Shown here one piece after another: positions 1 through 11,442 of a stretch of DNA of 64,000 bases. The translations under genes were made by a program, and so were the position numbers. Source of the DNA: Phoronis australis (taxonomy: Eukaryota; Animalia; Phoronida); contig NMRA01000363.1 in NCBI GenBank assembly GCA_002633005.1, positions 1 through 64,000 of the forward strand. Reading direction: 5' to 3'. The notes beneath the pieces are model-generated. The model made no database searches. It was given only the letters and a program-made list of their open reading frames with translations, and was not told the origin of the DNA. Numbering within the stretch: the stretch's first letter is position 1; each line of letters begins with the position of its first letter.

Positions 1-1494
1 AGCAACTTTAACGTAGGAAATTGTGTATAATTGTCAAACATCTGCTTCAGATTAGCACATGTACCAAGCAGACACTAGATGGCTCCGCTGTATTCTAATC
101 GTGCCAGGTCATACTGTAAATGATGACGTTGAGTAACTCAGCAACGAATGCTGGCCCTCCCTATCAAGGCAAAATATCCGTTCCCTTCTACAGTGTAACA
201 ATGATGATCATTTAATTCCACGTTGATGTCTGCTTGGAAATGGCAACACATTTGTAATTTCGCTGCGCTGATGTTAGCTCGTAATAAATGCACAGGTGCG
301 ACACCCATCAAGCAAGTCAACTCACGTGAGAAAGTCGATACAATCGCGATTTTGAATGTATTATCGGCTTGCGCAAAGCCAAGTGCGCGCTGGAAGTTGG
401 ATCAATGTTACACGTTCGTAAATAAACATTGAGGAAGAACTTTCAATATAAGAAACCAAAAATCGTTATATTTCATTTTGATATCCGAAATGACATGGGG
501 CTTTAAACGGACATTGATATTCGCATTAGTACTTCATAAAACCACGTTATGTACATATTTCAGACCATCGGGATTTCATGGCGAAGTTTTGCCCAACATG
601 CAGCAATGAGGTGCACACCAACCACAAGGCATCGCACAAAGACCATATGGACACAATTTTGTAGAGATACTAAGTTTCACCAGGGGACGTCCTAACGCCT
701 ATTACTGCACCAGTGGACAAACAGGGTCTACAACAAAGGTGGCGCTGTTAGTCTCCAACAGTAAAATGGCCTATAAGCTAAAATGCTGGCACCTCGTCTT
801 ATACTGTATTTATTCACTAACCTTTTATTGTAATAAACATTCAGTACAATTGCTCACAATGTAAACCAATGTTTACACGACCACTAAAAGCTGAGATTTC
901 CACACAAAACAATGACCGTTAAATTCGCTGTAAACCCGACTTCATTCCGTACAAGAATGAACTTTTGTTCTTAACGCCTAATAGTTACAAAATCGTGACA
1001 AGCCATTTTGAAGAACCTAGTGCAATATTAACGTACCCGAGTTCTTTTGAAGCTCTAAAATCACCTCCAATTTTACTTGAGAACGATTTGAGACCAACTT
1101 TATAATGGAAAGTGTGCTAAATCAAGTTGCTATTTGCGATCATGGAAAACATATTATTCCCGCTTTAAGTAAACCAGTCGTAACTGATTGAAAAGAATAT
1201 CCCACAAAATATTTCAGTTCCCTGAACATAAATGCAGTTTATTTGTAACATGCTTGCATTGGATAATTAATGGAGAGTTCCAAATGGCTTGGTCAATCGT
1301 GTACAGAACTTTAGCTGCAGTGTAACATTAAAAAAGTAAAATGCAAATATCACACATCGTACAAACAGATTTACTATGATTCTCATTCGCTCGCGTTTAC
1401 TTAAAATACATATTTTGAGGTTAGGTCAGACGCTTATTCATTAACCCTGTGCTGACATACAGTGATTCCGAGAGCTGACTGGTTATAAAACGTC

Positions 1495-1685
1495 CTAGCA
1501 TTGCTTTGCTTCTCCTGTCAAACCAACGCGGACATGCTTTCGGCTACAAGCCAACTCTACGGCGGCAATAAATTCGGTCAAATGGCACACGTGACCGACC
1601 AGACCTTCAAAGGGATATTTTTGTCCATGTTCGGACAGGAAGTCAATGGCTTGATCCAAGTGGCGTGGGGCGTAGTTGTGCACAC
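1495..1685 (-). CDS. MDR dehydrogenase exon 6 (last): GVHNYAPRHLDQAIDFLSEHGQKYPFEGLVGH...KQC*
   Basis: Acceptor attttag, phase 1, ends at TAG 1495-1497; AATAAA (minus strand) at about 1238-1243. Confidence 0.92.
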
Positions 1686-4600
1686 CTAAAATATTCAAGT
1701 ATAATAAAGTACATGCAAAAGTGAATACTGGCGCATGAAACAAACCGATAATAACACTAAAATCTCTCGAGACTTATCAGGCCTCACTCTACCTTCCAAA
1801 TGTTTATGTCTGTATCGCAACAGTATATCAAACTTTTATTTGTATCATTATCACAAATGGCCGACTAATCTTAATGCAAAATAAAGACTTGCATGGCATC
1901 AATATACCAAATGACGGTGGGCCTTTTTAGTGAACTTTGTCTCGGTTTCTCTGACTTCTTGTTTCTCTGAGGCAGACCTTTTTACCCAAATCGCCAAATG
2001 AGGGGTGCTCGTTCCCCGTGGGTGCGCGCATGTTTATTTTAGTGCGACGATGGAAACGTTGGATATTTGTTGCAGATAAGCTTTGTCCTGTTTCTCAGAA
2101 AGTCTCATTTAAGCCTGACACACCCTGCCACGGTTCATTCCGGGAGACCGTAAACCGTACAAGTTTCTAACTGTGGCCTGTATTCGTAAATTCTTTTAAT
2201 TATTGCCAGTTGGCTGATACTTGTTGTTGGCGGAATTTCCCATTGAAATTTGTCATTGCTCTAGGAATCAGTCCAAACTTATATAGAATCTACAACCACC
2301 TACCGATTATTGTTAAACATTTCCGTATAATCTGCTCGCCTCTAATCTCCAGACGCGAGTCAGCGTGCACCATACCGATCAGGATATACGTCCCTCCGTT
2401 TCTCAATACTCGGATTCCATCATAGAAAACAGATTTGGCTCCGCATACCTCCATCACGACATCTATGGACCCGCTCTCTATCGTCTCCTGTAATTTGTCT
2501 GCAAAAGTAAGACGCATTGTCAACGGCATCCATGGCATTCAGTCTTTTTGTGCTTTGATTCGATCTTACACGAAATTAAAAGCGTTTGCAGGCGGCATAT
2601 TCCCTCTCCAAGCGTACATTCTGTCAACAATTGTGGAGTTATTCAATCCCAAAGAAAGGATGAGCCCCGTATGAGATTCTATTAGCAAGCGTACACTATT
2701 TGCGTTCTGTTATTGATGTGTTGGATATCTCGGCATCAGTTTTTTGTTTCCACTGGCAGACCTAGAATTTACAACGGAGGAGGCCTGAGCAACTATGATT
2801 CTCACAGGTAAATGAATAATATCCGTGGGACATCTAAAAACGGCACGGGGACGGTGTTTTTGATAATGTCCGTTATATGGAGGGAGGTCCTCCTCTAGTT
2901 TTGCAACTTTGCTTAAATTCAATTACCGTTTAAGACTGGCGTACCCCCAAATGACGAAACTAACTTCAATCTGTCCTCGCTGATGTCGCTGCAGTACACT
3001 TTCTGGAAGCCATGTTCCTTCAGTAGAGCGCAAGCGTAGAGTCCGACCATACCTGCTCCCTTGAAGATGAATAGACTTACGTATCACATACACACAAGGT
3101 AATAGTCCATACATTTTATGAGAACAAACTCAACTTGTCATTAAACTCATACACGCCTTACTTCAGCGGTTTCCAACACCAGATTAATTGGTAAGTTGTC
3201 AAAACAAAGACGCTGTATAGAAGAATTCTTGGGGTTTCCTTCACACGAGTGAACAACCGTTCATTTGATTTTATGGACAGGTAGCAATATCGTGTATCCA
3301 TAGAATGTCATTTTGAACGTTGTTATTCACTTGAAAACACTGCTTTCATATTTTTCTTAAATAAGATAAGGCATGTATTGTTTGCGACTTCATTTTCAAC
3401 GAGAGCATTCCGTACATATATTTTACTGTTATCTATTTTACTGTTATCTACTCTTCTTCTTACCTGATGTGGAACCAACAATTTCCATGGCACCAGGCCC
3501 AATAGAAAATTGTGGGCTACAATTGCAGTGTGCATACTCGACTTTTGCGGAAGTAGTGTACTTCGACCGAGTTCCAAAATGAGTCCGAACGAGCAACAGA
3601 AAGTAGTGATATTTGGACGTAGTTGAAGAGAGCAGTATCTGGTTAAAGGATAATGCCACCCGATTTAATTAGTCTTTTTTACCGTCTTGATCTGTCTATA
3701 TCCACATCGCCTCTTATGCGGTCCACCTCACCTTGCCGAGAGGTGTCGCGTTAACCGGTGAGGAAGGTGAAAAACGACGCAGCAACGTCAGTGTTTCGTC
3801 TGCAGAGTGAATGCCGCTCTATTGCGGTGCATCGTTCCCGCTTGTCCGAACTTTGAAGCTGCGAATAAAGCGGGTATATCCGTTTTTTTCGACTTCCTCG
3901 AGAGCCCGAAATGCTTAGGAAGTAGCTCGCGGTAGTGAAGAATGAAAGGTACGCTGTTAATAGCAAGTATGAGGCCGTGAAATATCACCGTGTGTGTGGC
4001 CGGCATTTCGTCGACAGTGATTTCTCTGACGAATTCCGGCTTACCAAAGAACGATCCATACGTTCCTTTGCCTATGCATGTTCATGGCGCCTCTCTAGTA
4101 TTTCTTGATCAGTGTATTCAGGTTCGAACTGATAGCCTGTGAAACCTAACGATCCGACCCGTGAACTCTTCGTCGGATTAGCTCCTGACTAAGACGGGAT
4201 TGGCGCCGGGCGAGTTGCCATGTAGACGTTTATTATTCTGCGTTCTGTTTCAAAATGAATTATTCTCATCCTAAAATGATCCTAACCAATGCTTATATGA
4301 AACTGAAACAAAGTCTGTCTCATTAGATACAATTTGTAATGCCTTGAGGTGCTCGTGAGTGCAAATGTTTTGAGAAGCCAGCAATGAATAAACCACTGCG
4401 TTACCGGCTTTTGATGCCGGCAACAAAGGTAATTGACCGGGCACCGAGGCCGTGTGAGCGCATGCTAACTCAGTGTTTGCTGACAGAAAGCTGTTGTGAA
4501 ACAATTAGTCGATTGTATATGCTATTGTCACATGTTAGGGGAATCTTTATTTAGAAATACAAATACATTATTCAAATCATCGTTACTGTACAATCTTTGC

Positions 4601-7600
4601 CCTGACGGTCTGTGGAAGAGGAACCCGACTTCGCGACCCCCGACAGTAAGTAGATTTTCAGTTTCGTGGCTAATAAATTCATATAAATATCGTGCACATT
4701 ATCTCTTTGGCTCACAATTATAGTATTTTCGTGACTGGAGGTTTAGTTTCCAACTCAAGTTGGTTTATGTTCGTGCCAGTCCAGGCGGCGGGTTCCGAGC
4801 CACTGGCCGGGATAACGAGTCAGTCCGGCCGCGACGGGCCTGATCGGGTTCCGAGCCACTGGCCGGGATAACAACCGTTTTGTGCGTTTAGAACTCAAAA
4901 AACCACAAGTATAAACAACACAGATCTAGGTTCTCCTGTCTGTATTTCACGGAAGATTACTTCGAATTTATCTCCGAACAGACCCCAAACTCCTGCTACG
5001 GACCTTGGTCATTGACCTGCCGAACTTGGTNACCACGATTGTACATGGGCATAGCACCGAATGGGGGGAGGTCGGGAGGGGGGTTTGCCCCCCTACCGCT
5101 CAGGAAATTTTTCTGTTTTTACCTCTAAAATCAACCATTTTCCTTGATTCCTGAAGTATTATCCAAGAAAAAAAGAAAAAAAAAACGGAGAACGTGTCAA
5201 ACAGGAAAAACTGAACGAACCAAAGACTCGAACTCACGACCTGAAGCTTGGTGAGCGACTGAGCGCGTGCGTTACCAAAACACCACCACGATTTAACTAC
5301 TAGACTTAAACTAAAAGACCTACTTGTTTATGGTCCACAGCGTTTGCGCGCGAAACCTACTTCTTTTCGTAATGCTATACGTTTTATATTTTGCGCCATC
5401 ATTTCTTGACAAATTTGTCGTATTTAAAGTGTACACAACACGACTCTAGTACCTCAAAATAAATTTTATTATTATATCTTACTTGATTTCAGTGCCTTTA
5501 GTGCACAGCTCATAAAGAAACACGCAAAAATTGAAAAAATAATAATTATGTACAACGTCATGGGTTGAACCCAAGTCGTTCGCCATACAGTTCGGAACAG
5601 AGACAAAGTGTATAGAGTGAAGTCACGAAAGCAAAGTACATTTAGCGTCGAGAAGGTTCGTAGAGGGATCAAAAGATCTGTTGCCGGAGGCTGCAGCAAC
5701 AGCAGCCAGGCGGAGAAAGTCTCGGTGTTCCGAAGGACACCAAAGTTGCACAGAAGTGGCATCGCTTCGTGCGCCGAACGAGAGTCTGGGACCTCATCGT
5801 GGACCAAGCGATTCGGTCCGGGGCCACTCTGTGCCGTTTTGCCCACTTTGAGCACTCGTGTTTCGACTCCAGTCACAGGAGATGTTACGATGAAGGCCTG
5901 GTTCAATAAAGGACAATATTTATCATTCAGAAACATTGGCTCTTAATTCAGGATCGTCTGTTGGATGACTGGGTTGACTCGCCGAGCCCGAGGCCGCGTC
6001 TCTCGCGGGAGGATCCAGTTCGTAAGGCTCAAAGTAGAAAAGTACGCAGCCGGAAGCACATCAAACTTGTTCTCGCTTTCGTGCAACCCCATTTCCTCAT
6101 CCTGGCCACCATTCCCCTACGTTTCTTCATAGTATTCATTCAATTCTTGCTCATAATCGTCGTCGCTTTCAAATTCACTGCTCTCCGCTATTGTTCAATG
6201 CTAGTCACTGATCTCTTGTGTTCAACCCATGACGTCACATGGCGGGAAATGTGAAAATCAAAATGTCGAGCTAATTACATAAAATAAACATGGGTTTAGC
6301 TAAATTTTACGTCATACATTTAGTCTGTGGCCACCGGTAATTCAAAATGTGCAAAAATCCATGGTGTGTACTGTTTAAAATAGTCTTCAAATGCCCAAAA
6401 GACCAAATCCGTTTTTCGTGTTGGCAATAATGACGGGATTGCTTTGGAAATCGTCTTAAGATAAGGTTTGACAAAGAGAGTATTGCGAGTTTCTGAGTGA
6501 TTCACTAAGGCTTCGATTAAAATTCACATCTTACCAACAGCTTCTGCTTTTTCATCGTCACTCAGGTTCCATTCTCTTTAAAAAATGAAGTAAAATTTCT
6601 TCATTGCACAGTGGAGCAGACGACGAAAACGGAGTCGCAGTGCGCAGCGCCACTGCCGGTCGCCTGGGATATCGCGGGAGAGCCTATACTTAGCCATAGT
6701 TTCGTTACGAATGCGGCGTGTTCCGAATTTGACACTTGAAATTGGGTTTNAGCTACATAGTAACAATAACAGAGAAACCTCTCAGTGGTGTAAAAGATTG
6801 TTAAATTTTGAAACCTACTTGGTAAAGGCCTGTTTCTATAATTTGTCATCAAAGAACTTTGTGATCTTTGATACTTTATTAAAAGCACACGATGATCGCT
6901 TTTATAACCGAAAATCGCATTTTGGAGATTTTTGTTGGGTGGGGTAGACTTTCTGGAGTTATTAGATTTGACCAAATTTATAAGACTACAAAATTTGTTG
7001 CTTTAACTTTTTTATTACCGATCGATAATTCCTGCTGTTGTCTGCCAAGCATACACTGAAAATACGTGTTAAATACGATTAAAATATTCTGCAATTTATC
7101 GAGTGTGATTCATTTTTCAGTAGGCATATGGCGTTTAACTAAGACTGAGAAGGTTCCAGTGGCTGGTTGCATGAAACGATTCCAAATAGGGACTCAACCA
7201 AGTTCCCTAAACCTATTGTGTAATTGTGAGCTTGTGAAAACGCTGACTGTCCTTTCTTATGCTGTTTGAGTCTCTTTACTAAGCCAATATTTAACGCTCT
7301 GATGCAAATCTAGAGTGATGTCTAGTACGTTGAATTCCCAATGTTATTGGATCTTTCCATGTCATGACTGTGTCCCTAATTATTTTTAATGAATTAGCTG
7401 CTCAATTTTTAATTATATTATTAGCAAATATAACTAGTCAAAGAGGAGCTCGTAATAAAGAAAAATGATAAAAATAGTACATCTGTGATTAAATAACGAA
7501 ACAAATACGCCAAAGAATTAGGAAACTTATTTGAGTCCCTATTTGGGACTGTTTCGTGCAACCGGCCATTGGTCTGATTCTGCGCTTAGGTAGATCACTT

Positions 7601-10600
7601 ATCTTGCCGATGACATTTTGGTTCTTAATTTTTCTTGCTGACTCATGCATGGTGAATCAATAATCTTCTGTGTGACATTTAATACCAGAGTGCTTTGAGA
7701 CAAGGTTTCTACTAAACTTTTAAGCTCGAAAGATTCACGCAGCTGAGCACCAGATACAGGCACGATCATCGCGCGTCAGCGACGTATAACCGTTGATCTG
7801 CCATTACCACTTTCCTAAATCGTCCACGTGCATTTTCTGTTTGACGCACTAATCCACATACTTATACTTGGAATGAAAACGAGTTTCTGAATTAGTGCGA
7901 CTACTCCGGAATGAGTCCCATTTGCATGGACAAGCATTGATCAAAAGTTCCAACAATAATAACAAAATGAAAAAATACACTGACGACATATTCACATTAC
8001 CTGAACCAAGGCGCTCTGAAGAGTTTTGCATGATTGTGCCACCTTTTCCAAGCCGCAAACAGCCGTTGCCAATGCACAGTTTGCAGGTGCTGCCATCTTG
8101 TCCGTCACGTGATCGGGAAGAGTGACCACGTGTGTACCAGGACGAATTACAATGTGAGTTGCATAGCACCCATTAAGACCTTTCCCGTCAGCGTCAAGAC
8201 TATGTCCGTACTATAAATGTTAACAAAAACAAATAGTTTACACAGCTTCCTGCTATGCATGTAGAAAGATAACAGGCACATGATTGGGGAACACACATAG
8301 CTAATGTTCGTAAATCCTTGCTCCACAGCTCCCCGCCCGCCGTCACTACCTACGTACTTTCTACCCCCGTCGCTGTGTCCTAGGTCTCTCCTTGGTGTTA
8401 CAGCCCTCTGTTGTCGGCAGTAGGTCCATGTGTGTTCCTTCATGGGAAGATTTAGGGGAAAGAGCCCCCCCCCCCTTGTAGGCTGCAAAAAATAAAATAG
8501 CAAAAGCCCGAGGGAATTTTGAGTTTATTAATTAATTAATTAATTAATCCTGGTAACTAACATTATACAGCCGAAACAAGATTTGAAAATGTGGTGTGAA
8601 GTTTTGGTTTGTGTGTGCGTGTTTGAAAATGTGGTGTGAAGTTTTGGTTTGTGTGTGCGTGTGTGGGGAGGGGGCTCAGACCCGATTTCAGGTGACTGGT
8701 TCAAACAACCGGCAACTATGGCTAAGCAATGCTGCTCCCGGTCGTGCTGCTCCCGGTCGACATGCGCGTGATATCCCAAGCGACAGGCAGTGGCGCTGCG
8801 CACTACCACTCCTATTCCGTCGTCTGCTCCACCGTGCAGTGAAGAAAATTACTTCATCTTTTCTATGAGAACGGAAGCTGAGTGACGATGAAGAAACAGA
8901 AGCTGCTTGTAAGATGTAAATTTTAATCGAAGCCTCAATGAATCGTTCAAAAATTCATAATTCTGTCTTTGTCATACATTAAAATTAAGACGATTTGCAA
9001 AGCAAACGCGTGGGGTCAATGCGAGCGGAAAAATGGACTTAGTCTTTTGGGCAACTTAAGACTGTTTTAAACCATGCATGTAAACACAACAACGTTTGCT
9101 ACAAACTGGTTGCACAAAATATAAAACGTGCAATAAACATCTACAGGAAGGAGCAGATTTGTACGCTCACCGTGTGGACCGTAAACAAGTATGTCTCTGC
9201 CTTATTATGAAGAAACACGATGGCGCAATGGAAGATTGCGTGCACTCTGATCAAGAGGTCGTGAGTTCGAGTGCATCAACTTTAAGATTTTCCATTTGTA
9301 AATGACAAGCGGCGATACCGCCGTTACACTGCATAAATACTTTAAAACAAGAATTGATGCTTTGTTTACTTAAAAAATCTTCTTTACTCACAGTGTTGTC
9401 TATGAATGTCATTTTAGTATGCGTCATGACCGCATAAATTATGTGCCTGCCTATGTATCTGTTCGCCACCGGGACAAAAAAGATACGTAAAGCACGTGAA
9501 AGTCTAGAAGGGACGTTTTTTAGTCCGTGAAACTTGTCGAGTTGAAAGCTTGCCGTGTACCGACATCGCATTCCAGAATGCGATCTGGGTCGTGGGATTT
9601 AGCCGCGCTAGTTGCAAATATCCTCCCCCATTCGTCGTTGTATACGAGCCTTTACTGTCAATCGTGCTCTACGCGCGATGGTCCTCGAGACAATTGTTGC
9701 CGGCCCCATATGATATTCCAGATCTGCCACTGGTTCATTTTACGGGGGATTAAACTCTCATGGCCACCTTTAATTTACCATATACCAAAAAAGCACTTAG
9801 TGATAAATAACAATACCTTGAACAAACGATCACACTTTTGTGGTAAATCACTTTGGCACGGATGACATCTCGAACAAGAATCCATAATGGTGAATGATAA
9901 TCTTTGACCCTGCGTGATACCATGGCGACGAGAAGTGACAACTTCAACAACTGCTTCGTGCCCAAGACTCCTATAAAAATGATATGGGCATGTCTCGTAT
10001 CTTAGCTGATGCTCTGCCATTCCAACCAAAGTCTAATACCGTGTTCATTGTTTATTCCTAAGGTGTGCGTGACACGGCAATTTCGAACTTTACATCAGAG
10101 GTGCCTCATTGACTGCCTTAAAGCTTTTAAGTTTCCCAATGTACAAGGTATAGCATCGCATGCCCGCGTGAGGCTCAAGAACGGGATTTTGAAGTTTCAC
10201 AGAACGCAAAGTGACATCTGCCGATAGACCCGCCGGTAGTGCATTCCTCGATGAAAACTAGGTCTATCGATAACTTGAGGTTGATGTCAACCTTGCTATG
10301 ATGACAGTTGTGCTCACAAGTAAAATCAGAGTAGAATAACGACTATATGCTTGCATTGCCTCCGTTAAGACTAGAAACCATGTTCCTAGATTAAGATTAA
10401 CAAGTAAAGAAGTCAATGCACTTTGAGAAAGGTCATGCTGAATTACTGTACACCACGTGATTTCTCGAAGTGTTGCGCCAACTCATGAGTCCTCCGACAA
10501 ACTCACTGTACTCAGTCTGTTGTCTTGAAAAGTCGAAATCAATATGAAACCCATCACGTTCATTTATTACCTGAAGGCTTGTGGAAATTTCTTGATTCTG

Positions 10601-10817
10601 GCAACAACGGCGTTTACAAGTGCTTAACGTCAAAAACGTACCCCGGCGTCGCTTCTTGCCGCAGTCCTTTTAACGTGTGCAAGTCTGAGCCACATATCGT
10701 TGCCAGACGAACGCTCACGAGAATTTCTCCCTCGTCCAATTCCGGCAAATCTTTGTGTTCTAACCTCGTAGACGGCACTCCGTCTTTGCAGCCGTAGAAC
10801 ACTTCAACCTGAGCCAT
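1495..10817 (-). CDS. Zn-dependent medium-chain alcohol dehydrogenase (HpnZ/TIGR03366-like, MDR_TM0436-like), 6 exons, 352 aa; join(10642-10817,9817-9970,8001-8210,2927-3059,2304-2498,1495-1685)
   Basis: Six GT-AG-bounded exons of 176+154+210+133+195+191=1059 nt splice in frame from ATG to TAG. Motifs: catalytic TICGSDLH and LGHE, structural Zn CSRCHPCQSDLPQKC (C-x2-C-x2-C-x7-C), PANCALAT, Rossmann GAGMVG with Asp in CSDISEDR (NAD-type), C-terminal IIGVHNYAPRHLDQAIDFL. Confidence 0.92.
2304..2498 (-). CDS. MDR dehydrogenase exon 5: DKLQETIESGSIDVVMEVCG...GEQIIRKCLTII
   Basis: Acceptor cttttgcag, donor G|gtaggt, phase 1-1. Confidence 0.92.
2927..3059 (-). CDS. MDR dehydrogenase exon 4: GAGMVGLYACALLKEHGFQKVYCSDISEDRLKLVSSFGGTPVLN
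   Basis: Acceptor tcttcaag, donor G|gtaatt; Rossmann GxGxxG motif. Confidence 0.9.
3811..4066 (+). mobile_element. Degenerate THAP zinc-finger (DNA transposon relic)
   Basis: With one frameshift and a TGG>TAG change it reads RCIVPACPN...SFFRLPREPEMLRK*LAVV...HRVCGRHFVDSDF...RL, which is the C2CH THAP signature. Confidence 0.7.
4789..4872. repeat. 28-bp perfect direct repeat (cgggttccgagccactggccgggataac) x2, period 56
   Basis: Copies at 4789-4816 and 4845-4872. Confidence 0.9.
5044..6690 (-). mobile_element. Dispersed repeat copy A (inverted homolog of 8765-9277), split by a Kolobok insertion; contains a tRNA-like cassette at about 5225-5290
   Basis: 6379-6690 and about 5225-5423 align by eye in reverse complement to 8765-9277. 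The copy begins with a catgggcatagcacc hAT-like terminus; B-box GGTCGTGAGTTCGAGTC on the minus strand. Confidence 0.75.
5428..6374 (+). mobile_element. Internally deleted Kolobok DNA transposon (THAP on +, acidic second ORF 5' end on -)
   Basis: TTAA on both sides (5424-27, 6375-78) and an imperfect TIR. Decayed THAP: (I)KRSVAGGCSN...KVAQKWHRFVRRTRVW...TLC..AHFEHSCFD. Homologous to 54720-55990. Confidence 0.8.
7156..7572. mobile_element. Harbinger-like MITE, about 40-bp TIR
   Basis: ccagtggctggttgcatgaaacgattccaaatagggactcaa ... ttgagtccctatttgggactgtttcgtgcaaccggccattgg. Confidence 0.8.
8001..8210 (-). CDS. MDR dehydrogenase exon 3: YGHSLDADGKGLNGCYATHIVIRPGTHVVTLPDHVTDKMAAPANCALAT...ALVQ
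   Basis: Acceptor atttatag, donor CAG|gtaatg, 210 nt, phase 0-0. It is missing from the ORF track but has no stops. Confidence 0.92.
8582..8661. repeat. 40-bp tandem duplication
   Basis: tttgaaaatgtggtgtgaagttttggtttgtgtgtgcgtg x2. Confidence 0.9.
8765..9277 (+). mobile_element. Dispersed repeat copy B (uninterrupted), ending in a tRNA-like Pol III cassette (about 9220-9277)
   Basis: Inverted homolog of copy A. A-box TGGCGCAATGG at 9221, B-box GAGTTCGAGT at about 9263. Has a single TTAA where copy A carries the Kolobok. Confidence 0.75.
9817..9970 (-). CDS. MDR dehydrogenase exon 2: SLGHEAVVEVV...CSRCHPCQSDLPQKCDRLFK
   Basis: Acceptor tttttatag, donor AAG|gtattg; GHE motif and the four structural-Zn cysteines. 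Confidence 0.92.
10642..10817 (-). CDS. MDR dehydrogenase exon 1: MAQVEVFYG...EILVSVRLATICGSDLHTLKGLRQEATPG
   Basis: ATG 10815-10817, donor GG|gtacgt, phase 2 matching exon 2. Confidence 0.88.
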
Positions 10818-10900
10818 ATTACACAGTGAAGCGAGCAGTTGAGCTTCGCTGCACTGATAAACGGTATAGTGTACATTGCACACAATGTTGGCAGCCAAAG

Positions 10901-10913
10901 GGGTCGGAGGTCA
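10901..10913. promoter_or_regulatory. Possible DR1 nuclear-receptor element (GGGTCG-G-AGGTCA) about 85 bp upstream of the dehydrogenase ATG
   Basis: Motif match only; short motifs like this occur by chance. Confidence 0.25.
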
Positions 10914-11442
10914 AATCCACGGTGATTACACTAGAGCGGCGGTCATCAATGATCGGTCGAGATGACGCTCAGATGGGTGTTTTTAGGACCACTACATTAT
11001 CTAATGAGGGTGAATTTCCCTAGTTATTTCCCCAAGAATAGTCCCATTTTTGCGTGGTCTTGGGACTACATGTATACCAAAGCGAGGCCTAAGGCAACAT
11101 TGCAATTGGGTTTCACGTTTTTGTCATGTTTGTTGGTAATTTAAGACCTCAGTTATCGGTAGTTCTGTGCATTCAGCCACAGAATTATCTACAAAACCCC
11201 GACAAAGTAAAAGTATATATTTCATTTCGACCGTAAAGCAGTCGTTGTTTCGCAAATTTGCGTAACATTTGAATCCAACGATTTTTATTTCAAATAACAA
11301 ATTATGTAATTTGAAAAATGTTATTTTGGCGTTTAAAAATAATGTGCGACGTCAAACTTCACAATGGTGTCAATACTATGCAATAGGCAAACCTAAGTGT
11401 AGACATTAGGTATGAGTTTATTCAATGACGTCAACCACTGAA

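Noticed and set aside
4789-4872. 28-bp repeats with a 28-bp spacer (CRISPR-like)
   Set aside because: Only two copies, in a eukaryotic intron, with no cas genes.
9215-9280. Functional tRNA gene
   Set aside because: A and B boxes are present but the acceptor and anticodon stems do not pair properly; it is part of a repeat.
9700-9770. GHESL reading just downstream of dehydrogenase exon 2, suggesting an alternative exon 3
   Set aside because: It is out of frame with the phase-0 donor and hits a stop. TTAA|AGGTGGCCAT looks like a Kolobok-type MITE end, and the true exon is 8001-8210.
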